Shown piece after piece: positions 1 to 8,633 of a stretch of DNA of 64,000 nt. Source of the DNA: Alphaproteobacteria bacterium (lineage in GTDB: Bacteria; Pseudomonadota; Alphaproteobacteria; MPNO01; UBA830); assembly GCA_965243135.1 (NCBI GenBank), contig OZ251539.1, positions 2,208,001 to 2,272,000 of the forward strand, in the 5' to 3' direction. How positions within the stretch are numbered: the first letter of the stretch is position 1; each line of letters begins with the position of its first letter. The position numbers and the translations under genes were made by a program. Below the pieces are notes generated by a model. It saw nothing but the letters and a program-made list of their open reading frames with translations, was not told the DNA's origin and made no database searches.

Positions 1-9
1 GTGCCCTGC

Positions 10-185
10 ATGGAGTTCCGGAATCAAGTCAGTCTTCGGAGCGACGGCTGCGGGAGGTGAGTGGGGTCAGTCGCAACCAATTAGCTGTTGCGCGGCGTTC
101 GGGTTCCGGGACGCCCGCGGTCGCTTGCAACGCATGACCTGCCTGAAGGCTTTGGCCGTTCTGGAGGCGGAAGGGCACATGCCGA
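10..185 (+). pseudogene. Truncated N-terminal (HTH-like) fragment of a DUF4338-transposase-type gene
   Basis: Fragmentary translation SRNQLA...FGFRDARGRLQRMTCLKALAVLEAEGH resembles the N-termini of the DUF4338 proteins at 48869 and 56024 (RRQLAHGLCERENWRNEKGELCLASARRIL; RRALSREVCRRLDWRKPDGGLKDMSARVAMLRMHRDG); cut off by the repeat at 187. Confidence 0.35.
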
Positions 186-186
186 C

Positions 187-429
187 GGCGCTCGGCCCGC
201 TTCGAAGGCCGGCACCTGAAACGCCGGCGCCGGACGTCCCTCGGAACGCGTCGACCCGGCGTCGGAAACTCGGGAACGGAATCGCCGGACAGAGGTTCGT
301 CAGCTGCGTTCCGCGCCGGGTCCCGGGCGCTTCTTGCGCACGTTTCCCGGTTCTCAAGGAGACGCTCTCCACCTGGCTCCGGCGGACGGGCGCAACCGGC
401 AAGGCTGTCGCCGGCCCGCAGGCGGCCGA
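187..429. repeat. Dispersed ~230-bp repeat, copy 1 (other copies ~2263-2739 and ~4381-4590)
   Basis: gcgctcggcccgcttcgaaggccgg...ggctccggcggacgggcg recurs almost verbatim at the other two loci. Confidence 0.9.
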
Positions 430-564
430 GCGCCCTCGCGCCGGTCGTTGCGAGGCCGAGCCGCAGCATGCGCGCCGGGGCGTTTTCGGCAAGCGACGCG
501 ACTGCGGCGGCGGAACGACGACCGCGCTTTCAGGAGGGGGACCTCCGCGAAACGACCGCGCGGC

Positions 565-712
565 AACGCCGCCGCGCGCCCGGAGGGACGGCCGCCGGGG
601 AACAAGTCACGCGACGCTCCCTTGAAACGCCGCCGCGCGCCCGGAGGGACGTCGGTCCGCGCCCACGCCAGCGCCTGCCCAGCGGCAACGCCGCCGCGCG
701 CCTGGAGGGACG
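565..712. repeat. Three 26-bp direct repeats with exact 61-bp period and two unique 35-bp spacers
   Basis: AACGCCGCCGCGCGCCYGGAGGGACG at 565-590, 626-651 and 687-712; degenerate copy near 514. Confidence 0.85.
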
Positions 713-750
713 GCTAGAATCGCGCCACGTCCGGAGGTTTGAAATTAGGG

Positions 751-780
751 TTAACTTCCCCCCCCCCCCCCGGCTATACT
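751..780 (+). promoter_or_regulatory. Putative sigma70 promoter with a poly-C14 tract in the -35/-10 spacer
   Basis: TTAACT (751-756), 18-bp spacer containing C14 (758-771), TATACT (775-780); ends 32 bp before the ATG at 813, with a purine-rich RBS (aggaaagg). Confidence 0.55.
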
Positions 781-812
781 CATCTCCGAAACTTCAGGAA
801 AGGGTATTCGTT

Positions 813-1199
813 ATGACAGACGCGGCAATGCCCAGCCCGGACCGCATGCTCGACGCGTACCGGAAGGTGATCCCCTTCGCGCAGGCCTATCGCGAGGACG
901 CGGAGTTCCGCTCCCGGGTGGACGAGGATCCGAAGTCCGTCATGACCGAGCATTACTTCGACGTGCCGCCCGGCGTGGAAGTGCGCATTACGGAAGACAC
1001 GGACGACACCTTCCACTTCGTCCTGCCGCCCGACCCGAACGTCGCCCTGTCGGACGAAGCGCTCGGCATGGTCGCCGGCGGCAAGTCGGCGAGCACGATC
1101 GGAAGCGCCGGCTCCGCCAGTACGGTAAGCACCGTATGCACCACCGCGAGCTGCGCGGCAAGCGCCAGCTCCCTGGGCTCCGCGGGCACCTCGGGATAA
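813..1199 (+). CDS. NHLP-leader (nitrile hydratase-like) RiPP precursor 1
   Basis: Leader motifs AYREDAEFRSRVDEDPKSV...VPPGVEVRITEDTDDTFHFVLPPDP...LSDEALGMVAGG with a double-Gly cleavage site, then core KSASTIGSAGSASTVSTVCTTASCAASASSLGSAGTSG. Confidence 0.88.
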   Translation: MTDAAMPSPDRMLDAYRKVIPFAQAYREDAEFRSRVDEDPKSVMTEHYFDVPPGVEVRITEDTDDTFHFVLPPDPNVALSDEALGMVAGGKSASTIGSAGSASTVSTVCTTASCAASASSLGSAGTSG

Positions 1200-1261
1200 G
1201 CCGGGAGCCTCGGCGGCCGACCGCTCGACTCGTTGTCCGCAATCAAGAGGAGGATCATACC

Positions 1262-1657
1262 GTGGAATTCACTGACATGACGCCCGAGGCAGTGCGGATG
1301 TACCAATCCAACTTCGCCTCGTTCAGATCGTTGTCCGATCGCTACTGGGAGGACGAGACCCTGCGCGGGCGGATCGACGCCGGGGACGTGAGAGACTTGC
1401 TCCCCGACCTCGGGATCGAGGTCTCTTCCGGCACCGACGTCCGAATCGTGGCCGACAGCGCCGATACGCGCTACCTCGTCCTGCCGCCCGACCCGAACGT
1501 CCCCCTGTCGGACGAGACGCTCGGCATGGTCGCCGGCGGCGGCAAGACCGCCAGCTCCGCCGGAACGGTCGGGACGGCGAGCACCATGGCCTGCTCGTCC
1601 GTGCCGTCTTCGGCCAGTTCCGCCGGCACGGCGGGATCGGTCGGCACCGCCTCATAA
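1262..1657 (+). CDS. NHLP-leader RiPP precursor 2
   Basis: GTG start after GAGGAGG; YLVLPPDPNVPLSDETLGMVAGG followed by core GKTASSAGTVGTASTMACSSVPSSASSAGTAGSVGTAS. Confidence 0.88.
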   Translation: MEFTDMTPEAVRMYQSNFASFRSLSDRYWEDETLRGRIDAGDVRDLLPDLGIEVSSGTDVRIVADSADTRYLVLPPDPNVPLSDETLGMVAGGGKTASSAGTVGTASTMACSSVPSSASSAGTAGSVGTAS

Positions 1658-1671
1658 GCAGGAACTTGATC

Positions 1672-2031
1672 ATGGAAATTCATGCGAGCGACTACTTGAC
1701 GAAAGGAACCTACCTGAAGGACGTTCTCGATCCGGGATTTCGAGAACAGATGCAGGAGGCTCCAAACGAGGCCTTGACGTCATGGGGCATAGATCTCCCC
1801 CCCGACGTCGATGTCCGCGTTCATGTGAACACGGACGACACCTTTTATCTGGCATTCCCCCCGGACCCGAACGTCGCCCTGTCGGACGAGGCGCTGGGCA
1901 TGGTCGCTGGCGGCAAGACGGCGAGCACGATCGGAAGCGCCGGTTCCGCCAGTACGTTGGGATCCATACCCAGCACCGCCAGCACCGGGGGAAGCGCGTC
2001 GTCGATGGCATCTTTGGCCTGCGCGAGTTAA
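1672..2031 (+). CDS. NHLP-leader RiPP precursor 3
   Basis: DPGFREQMQEAPNEAL...LPPDVDVRVHVNTDDTFYLAFPPDPNVALSDEALGMVAGG followed by core KTASTIGSAGSASTLGSIPSTASTGGSASSMASLACAS. Confidence 0.88.
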   Translation: MEIHASDYLTKGTYLKDVLDPGFREQMQEAPNEALTSWGIDLPPDVDVRVHVNTDDTFYLAFPPDPNVALSDEALGMVAGGKTASTIGSAGSASTLGSIPSTASTGGSASSMASLACAS

Positions 2032-2119
2032 GCGCAGGATCTGCCTCCTCCTTTCTCCAGGCGCCGCTCAGCGGGCGGCTCCTGGGCGCTCGGGCGTCGG
2101 GAAAAGAGCGCGGCGGTTT

Positions 2120-2739
2120 AACGAGCAGTACGTCGTCGCGACCGCGAAGGACATGCCGCGGGACGCGCTCCACCTCCGCCACGCGCGCTACCGGGCGCGG
2201 CCGGATTCGCGGCGGCTCGCCGACCCCAACCCGTTCGCGCTGCGGAAGCGGGCTGCTGCCGGCGGCGCTCGGCCCGCTTCCAGCAATCCCCGCTAAGGCG
2301 GCCGCATGTCTGGAAGGTGCGCCGAGAAGGCGAAATTACCAATGGACAAGCCGCCGCGACATAAGAAAATCCTTCATTCGATGGCAAATCGCGCCGAATT
2401 ATCCAGAAAAATCTACGAAAAATTTTTCTGAAACCCCATATTTTCCAAGGATTAGAGCCTTAGCGGGAATTGCTGGCCCGCTTCGAAGGCCGGCGCCTGA
2501 AACGTCGGCGCCGGACGTCCCTCGGAACGCGTCGACCCGGCGTCGGAAACTCAGGAACGGAATCGCCGGGCGGAGGTTCGCGAGCTGCGTTCCGCGCCGG
2601 GTCCCGGGCGCTTCTTGCACGCGTTTCCCGGTTCTCGAGGAGACGCTCTCCGCCTGGCTCCGGCGGACGGGCGAAGCTGGCAAGGCTGTCGCCGGGCTGC
2701 AGCGGCCTGCGCTCTGCGCGTTGGCCCGCAGGCGGCCGA
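2120..2739. repeat. Repeat copy 2: coupling-protein-like tail plus the ~230-bp repeat, interrupted by a MITE
   Basis: Matches 4243-4590 and 187-429; encodes EQYVVATAKDMPRDALHLRHARY...RRLADPNPF. Confidence 0.85.
2281..2475. mobile_element. 195-bp MITE derived from the ISNCY-type element
   Basis: 19-bp TIRs CAGCAAT(C/T)CCCGCTAAGGC; 9-bp TSD GCCCGCTTC (2272-2280 / 2476-2484); right end matches the end of the IS at 10485-12133. Confidence 0.92.
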
Positions 2740-2774
2740 CCGCTCGACTCGTTGTCCGCAAGGAGGATCGTACC

Positions 2775-2846
2775 ATGGAATATACCGACATGACGCCCGA
2801 GGCAGTGCGGAAGTACCAATCGCCTCGTTCAGATCGTTGTCCGATC
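2775..2846 (+). pseudogene. Truncated duplicate of the 5' end of NHLP precursor 2
   Basis: 2731-2846 copies 1212-1340 (RBS, MEYTDMTPEAVRKYQS) with small deletions. Confidence 0.85.
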
Positions 2847-3064
2847 ACTGCCGGGGCCGGTCCGAACCGCGCAGCCGGACGGCGAAGCGTTGAGCCATGC
2901 CTCCGCCCCCGTGCCCCCTCCCGCCCCGAAGCGGCGGAGGCTGCGACGCCGCCCAGCGGCCTCGCCTTCGCAAGCGGAGTCTCTGCACTTGCAGGTGGCC
3001 GACCCCGCACCGCCCATGGTATGATGCCAAGCGCACCGCCCCCGGCCCCTGGAGGACTTGCACC

Positions 3065-3529
3065 GTGACCCCGCACGACCTGATACAGACCGCCCGCCGC
3101 CTGACAGAATCCGGCGCGGTGCAGCCCACGCAAGCCGACCTGCGCCGCGCCGTGAGCACGGCGTACTACGCGCTGTTCCATTGCCTGGCTGGCGCCGCCG
3201 CCGACCTGCTCACCGGCAGCGGCAGCCATAGCCCGGAATGGCACCAAGTGTACCGTGCGCTCGAGCACGGAAAGGCCAAGCGCGCGTGTCGGCAGCAAGG
3301 GGCGATGCGCACCTTTCCAACGCAAATCCACAGCTTCGCCAAGGCGTTCGCCGACTTGCAGGGCGCACGGCACGAAGCGGACTACACGCTTGAAGGCCAG
3401 TATCTCAAGCCGAACGTTCTTGCGATAATCAATACAGCCGAGGACGCAATCAACAAGTTCGAGCAAGCCGACATCCGGTACCGGCGCAGCTTCGCTATTC
3501 ACGTGCTGTTCAAGCGGCGCCAGCCATAG
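3065..3529 (+). CDS. HEPN-domain protein (putative toxin/RNase)
   Basis: GTG after GGAGG; DLRRAVSTAYYALFH and LQGARHEADY motifs typical of HEPN (DUF86-like). Confidence 0.8.
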   Translation: MTPHDLIQTARRLTESGAVQPTQADLRRAVSTAYYALFHCLAGAAADLLTGSGSHSPEWHQVYRALEHGKAKRACRQQGAMRTFPTQIHSFAKAFADLQGARHEADYTLEGQYLKPNVLAIINTAEDAINKFEQADIRYRRSFAIHVLFKRRQP

Positions 3530-3539
3530 GAGGTCCGAA

Positions 3540-3836
3540 ATGGATGAACAACAGCTACGCGAGATTGCCGAGGCAGCCTTTAAGCGCCAGTTCGGCGACA
3601 TCGAAATCGTCGGAATCAACATCCGGCAGAGGCTCGACCACGACGACGATCCCGTCGTGGACGTGGACATCATCTACGACGACGAGGAAGGGCAGGTGGC
3701 CGGCCGCGGCTACTTGGGTGTCATGTCGGAAGTCGTCGACAAGACGTGGTACGAGGGGAAGGACGATCTCGGCTATCCTTTGGTCCACCTCCTCCTCAGG
3801 TCCGGCATCGAGCAGGACGACCCGACGACGGTCTGA
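3540..3836 (+). CDS. Small acidic protein, degenerate MNT-like partner of the HEPN gene
   Basis: AGGAGG RBS; 98 aa, DHDDDPVVDVDIIYD; co-oriented 10 bp after HEPN; similar to 6622-6915. Confidence 0.6.
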   Translation: MDEQQLREIAEAAFKRQFGDIEIVGINIRQRLDHDDDPVVDVDIIYDDEEGQVAGRGYLGVMSEVVDKTWYEGKDDLGYPLVHLLLRSGIEQDDPTTV

Positions 3837-4180
3837 CGCCGTGGCGCTCGTTGCCGGCCATCAACGAAGCGGCGCGTTGCGAGCAGGACGCGACAGGTTG
3901 ACGGGATGCTGCGCGGCATGACGGGTTCGGTTCGAGGCAGTCCGGGCGGTGGCTACCCGCGGGAGAGGAGCGGCAGCGACAGTCCGGTCGCGGCCTCCGG
4001 CGGAGCGTTGAGCCATGCCCGACGCTGGCGCATCCGTGACGCCCTCCCGCGCCGCGGGTGTGGGGGTGAGGCCGGGCGTTCACGGCGAGCGGCGGGGTGT
4101 CGGGGCGGCGGAGGATAGCACCGTGCGTAGCGTCCCCGCGTCCGTGCCCCCTCCCGCAACGGGGTCGGCGCAAGGCAGCG

Positions 4181-4590
4181 ATGATGTCGACCGTGAAGGA
4201 ACGGCTGGTGACGCCGGACGACCTCATGACCATGGGACCCGCGAGCAATACGTCGTCGCAACCGCGAAGGACATGCCGCGGAACGCGATCCACCTCCGCC
4301 ACGCGCGCTAACTGGGCGCGGCCGGATTCGTGGCGGCTCGCCGACCCCAACCCGTTCGCGCTGTGGAAGCGGGCTGCTGTCGGCGCTCGGCCCGCTTCGA
4401 AGGCCGGTGCCTGAAACGTCGGCGCCGGACGTCCCTCGGAACGCCTTGACCCGGCGTCGGAAACTCGGGAACGGAATCGCCGGGCAGAGGTTTGCGAGCT
4501 GCGTTCCGCGCCGGGTTCCGGGCGCTTCTTGCACGCGCTTCCCGGTTCTCGAGGAGACGCTCTCCACCTGGCTCCGGCGGACGGGCGAAG
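4181..4590 (+). repeat. Repeat copy 3: relic C-terminus of a TraG/VirD4-like coupling protein plus the ~230-bp repeat
   Basis: MMSTVKERLVTPDDLMTMGP.EQYVVATAKDMPR...LADPNPF resembles coupling-protein C-termini (inference); frameshifted. Confidence 0.6.
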
Positions 4591-4607
4591 CCGCCGGAAC
4601 GCCGCCA

Positions 4608-4745
4608 GGGGTCGTCCGCCTCCTCCTCGACCGCGATGCCACGGGCCGGCGCGCGGCGATCACGCTCGAAGCCCGGGCGCTCGCCCAAGACCCGCCGCCG
4701 TCGTCCTCGCCCCCGAGGACGGCGACTTCAACGACGACCTCGCCA
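4608..4745 (+). pseudogene. Toprim-domain C-terminal relic
   Basis: LLLDRDATGRRAA...VLAPEDGDFNDDL parallels VQDRDAAGERA...PQGKDANDDL at ~60460-60590. Confidence 0.5.
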
Positions 4746-4871
4746 TGGCCGCAGGCGCGCGGCTCGCCCCGTTCCTCGGTCCGGCCCCGGCGCCGTTACC
4801 TGCGCCGCGGTCCAGATGATTCAGCGCAACCCCACCGGCACCCGGAGGACTTTTGCCGTGAACCCGCATGA

Positions 4872-6247
4872 TGTCAAGAACATTTTGAACTGACCGGATT
4901 ATGTACCAAATTAATTGACCGCTTCCGTTGTGGTGGTTGGGCCTGTGGGGAAGTGGTCAGGCGCGAAGCGGCTGTTCACTTATCCACAGGCCTCCAGAGG
5001 ATCGCGTCGAAGCGGGTCACGCGGCCTGCCGGGTTGCGGTTTCGAACGGAGCCCCGTCGGCCCGGTAGAGGGCAAGGCGTCTGGGGCCGTGGAAGACGGC
5101 AAGGGTGTGGTCGGGGTATTCGTGGACCCGGACCCTGGCCTTGACGTAGTGGTGACGGTGGCGATCGGCCGGGATTTGCAGAGTGCGTCCCTTGTACCGC
5201 ACCGTGTTGTCGTTCGAGACGATCCGCTCCTCGTGGACGCAGAGGATGTCGTCCAGGCCGCCGGCGAAGGGCACGAAGGCCGACCCCTCGACCTCGGGCG
5301 GGGTCGCGAAGCGCCGGTTGTGGTCCGGCAGGTAGACCTCCTTGAGGAAGCGGTTGGCCTCGGCCATGTCGGCGATGCCGGCGAGCCTGAGTTCCTGGGG
5401 CAGGCGCTTCTGCAGGGTGCCGAACATCCGCTCCGAGCGCCCCCGGGCCTCGGGCGAGTAGGCGGCGACGTGCTCGACGCCGAGCTGGCGAAGGGCGCGC
5501 CCGACTTGGGTCGGGTTGTCCTTGTCGACCTTGCCGCCGGCTTCGGGCGTGTGGAAGTAGTGGCTGCCGCGGTCGGTGTAGAACGAGCAGAACAGCCCGC
5601 GCACGCCGACCACCTCGCGAAGCGCCTGGAAAGTCGACATGGTGCCTTCCTCGGCGACGAAGAAGGCCGAGTAAATCTCGCTGGTGGCGTCGTCCATGGT
5701 GACGATCAGGTCCCACTGCCGACCGGACACCCACTCGTGGCGCGAGCCGTCCTGGTGCAGCGCCGGGCAGCGCACGCCGCGGGCGCTTGCGCCGATGGGC
5801 GCCGCGGCGCGGCGCGGCCCGCGTGCGGCCATGGGCCTGCAAGGTCAGCCGGACCCAGTTGTAGCTGCGCCGGACGCCATGGCAGGCGACCAGCTTCTCG
5901 TGAAAGTGCCTGGCGTTGAAGTCCCAGTACCGGGTGTCGAACAATTCCAGAACCTGCGCCACCTCGTCTACGTCGGCCCGGCGCGCCGAGACCCGGCCCA
6001 AGCGGCGGTCGTACAACCCCTCCGCGCCCTCCGCCTCGTCGCGCCAGCGCCGGAAGGTGCGTTCCGAAACGCCCAGTATCTCCGCCGCCTCGCCTTGGCT
6101 CAGCACACGGGTGCGACCGTATACCTCTTCGAACTTCATCAGTCCCTGTCGTTGTTCCGTCCGCCGCCACCTCCTTTGGTCTGGAAGCCTTCTAAATCCG
6201 GACAGATCATTTGGTACATGGACCGGACATATCATCTGTTACTGACA
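4872..6247 (-). mobile_element. IS1202-family (formerly ISNCY) insertion sequence with an 18-bp target duplication
   Basis: Ends TGTCA...TGACA; flanking direct repeat TGCCGTGAACCCGCATGA at 4854-4871 and 6248-6265. Confidence 0.85.
5017..6139 (-). pseudogene. IS1202/IS481-like DDE transposase, frameshifted
   Basis: HTH (EAAEILGVSERTFRRW) in one frame; LHQDGSRHEW, MDDATS, YTDRGSHY and SPEARGRSER in another. Confidence 0.88.
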
Positions 6248-6621
6248 TGCCGTGAACCCGCATGACTTGATGGAAGCCGTCTTCCGCCTTATGGTATCAT
6301 CGTGGAATGCGCCATGGCCACTACCACCTTCAACCTGCTCGAAACGGCTGGAGTCGAGACTCGGCAAGCCGAAACCGTAGTTTCGGAAATGCGTGGCCGG
6401 CGCCCGTCATTCCCGCGGCGAGCGCGCCTTCCGGATTCAGGGCGCTGGCATCGTCGCCGCCGCGCTTCGGTTCCTGCCGACCATGCGCCCGGAGTACGGC
6501 TTCTCCCCAGGGAAGCGGGACGTCGCGGCGAGAGGGCGGGAGCGGCGACTCACGCCGACGATAGCGTAAAGACTCCCCCGTTTTCCACACCACCGGACAC
6601 CACCAGACAGGTAGCGGAGCG

Positions 6622-6915
6622 ATGAAACAGAAGATTCTGGAACGGGCGCGCAGCACCGTGGAAGGCTTCCTGCACCGGCAGTCCACCGCGCTCACGGTGC
6701 TTTCCGTGGACCCGGAAGTGGATGGCTACGGCGACGATCTCCTCTTGATACGCTTCACCTATGACGACGGAAACGACGCCGAGGGGCTTCCCGACTCCCC
6801 GGCGATGCGTGAGTTGATAGATCGCTTGTGCACCGAACTCCAGGATGCGGACATCGAGGCGTCTCCCGTCGTCTCGTTCACCGCCGAATCGGAGGTCGGG
6901 AACGAGCCGGAGTAG
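6622..6915 (+). CDS. Small acidic MNT-like protein upstream of a HEPN gene
   Basis: 97 aa, EVDGYGDDLLLIRFTYDD...PVVSF; directly precedes HEPN. Confidence 0.6.
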   Translation: MKQKILERARSTVEGFLHRQSTALTVLSVDPEVDGYGDDLLLIRFTYDDGNDAEGLPDSPAMRELIDRLCTELQDADIEASPVVSFTAESEVGNEPE

Positions 6916-6921
6916 CGCATC

Positions 6922-7343
6922 ATGGAACCGGAGCACCTCTTGCGGATGGCCTCCGACCTTGTGGAGGCCACCACCGGTCGACCGCGGCGGGCGGATTTGT
7001 GCCGCGCCGTCAGCGCCGCGTACTACGCTTTGTTCCACTGTCTGGCGCGCAGCTGCGCGGACAGTTTGGCAGGCCAAGCCGGCACGGTCGGCAACCGTGG
7101 CGGCGCGTGTACCGGGCGCTGGAGCACAGGCAGGCCAGGACGCGTTGCGAGAACGTGCCGTCCTCGTTTCCCGAAGGCGTGCGGCAATTCGGGCAGACGT
7201 TCGCAGCGCTGCAGGGCAGACGCCACCTGGCGGACTACGACCCGGACTACCCGTTCAGCAAATCCAACGTGATCACGGACGTCAACAACGTGCGAACATC
7301 GACCGATCAGCCGTCACGGATCGGACCACGCCGTGCGCCTTGA
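6922..7343 (+). pseudogene. HEPN-domain gene, frameshifted and truncated
   Basis: DLCRAVSAAYYALFH in one frame; WRRVYRALEH and LQGRRHLADYDP in another; paralog of 3065-3529. Confidence 0.75.
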
Positions 7344-7420
7344 CGGTTCGCCACAAGGACCTATCTTGACCGTACGGTGCCGTTATCGGCCGCCGTGCCA
7401 ATGGACGAAAGGGAAATACG

Positions 7421-7795
7421 TTGTTGATCGACATCGATTCGGGCAGACCAATCGAGAGAATTCCCTTTCGCGACATATTCAACCTCATAAAAAAGAGATT
7501 GAGCGAGGAAGAATTCAGCCAAGTAGTGGGCGGAATCAACGAACGGATCGACAAGGCCGGCGGCGAAATCGCCACCGCCGGTTGGCTGCCGGGCTCCGAC
7601 TGGTCGGGCACGCCCTTCTGGTGCCTCTACACGAAAGCAGCCATGAAGAACACGGATCTCGCGGCAAAAATGTTTGGCCTCATGGTCTGGTTCACGGTCA
7701 TGGAACGCCCCGAACGCTGGGGGTCGGGCCGATACAAGGTGAACGACCACGACATCGGCAGTCGCACGTACTTTATCCTTGGGTCTCATCGATGA
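7421..7795 (+). CDS. Hypothetical protein (124 aa)
   Basis: TTG start after AGGGAAA; globular protein-like composition with lower GC than shadow ORFs. Confidence 0.6.
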   Translation: MLIDIDSGRPIERIPFRDIFNLIKKRLSEEEFSQVVGGINERIDKAGGEIATAGWLPGSDWSGTPFWCLYTKAAMKNTDLAAKMFGLMVWFTVMERPERWGSGRYKVNDHDIGSRTYFILGSHR

Positions 7796-8354
7796 ACACC
7801 AATGGCGCGGCTTGCGAAGCGAAAGGAAAATGGCATGTCCAATGAATGCCGTCCGGTACACGAGATGACGGTCACGATTAAATCGGACGAAACCGGAAAC
7901 TGTCTCGAATACACCCGCTTTTCCGAAGACCCGAGAACCATGTCGCGTGAGAAGGGTTTGGGGTTCTACCCGCGTCGTAAATGTTTCTCCGCTGTGCTTA
8001 CAGCTCACATGTCCATTACCCGCGGGAAGTGTCAGTGACAGACGACATGTCCCGTCCATGCACCAAACCCTCACGGTCGCGCCTGCTCACCCCGTAGCAT
8101 GTAACTTCGGGCATGGTTCACCCGGCCTCGCGCCGTTCGCCGGCATAACCGTTCCGCGTTCGGGCGACACGGGGCAGCTCTCAGCGTCACGCTCCCGAAC
8201 TCTTGAACGGCGCACTCCGCCGCAAAAAAAATCTTCGATTCGCGGAACGGTTTTGCGCGGCCGGCAGCTCGGGGTGAGTCACAACAAGAAGGCTCCCTGA
8301 TGGCGTCGTCGCAGTCACGGGTCGGCGAAACGGTGTCCCGTCAAGGAACGGCTC

Positions 8355-8512
8355 GTGACATCCGATGCGACGCTCGGCCCCGACGAGCAGTATGTCGCCG
8401 CGACTGTGAAAGATTTGCTGCGGGACGCTACTCTCCGCCATGAGCGATATTGGGCGCTGCCGGATTCACGACGACTCGCCGATCCCAACCCGTTCGCGCT
8501 GCTTTCCGGATG
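8355..8512 (+). repeat. Diverged further copy of the coupling-protein-tail relic
   Basis: GPDEQYVAATVKDLLRDA.LRHERYWALPDSRRLADPNPFAL matches 2120-2245 and 4230-4365. Confidence 0.7.
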
Positions 8513-8633
8513 CGTCGCTAACGCGGCGCGGGATTGCCCCGGCATCTTGACTCGCCGACCGGCCCTCCAGACAATGCCCTCGTGCTGCCGATAGCCTGCA
8601 TTGCGCTCAAGAGTTGATAGGGGAACCCAAAAA

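Noticed and set aside
565-712. Calling the triple repeat a functional CRISPR array
   Set aside because: Only three repeats, no cas genes or AT-rich leader, and no recognisable repeat class; kept as an unexplained repeat.
813-2031. Nitrile hydratase alpha subunits
   Set aside because: They lack the CxxCSC metal-binding motif and end in Gly-Gly plus a low-complexity core.
6313-6400. Short MATTTFNLLETAGVETRQAE fragment resembling DUF1640-type proteins
   Set aside because: Too short and degraded to support a call.
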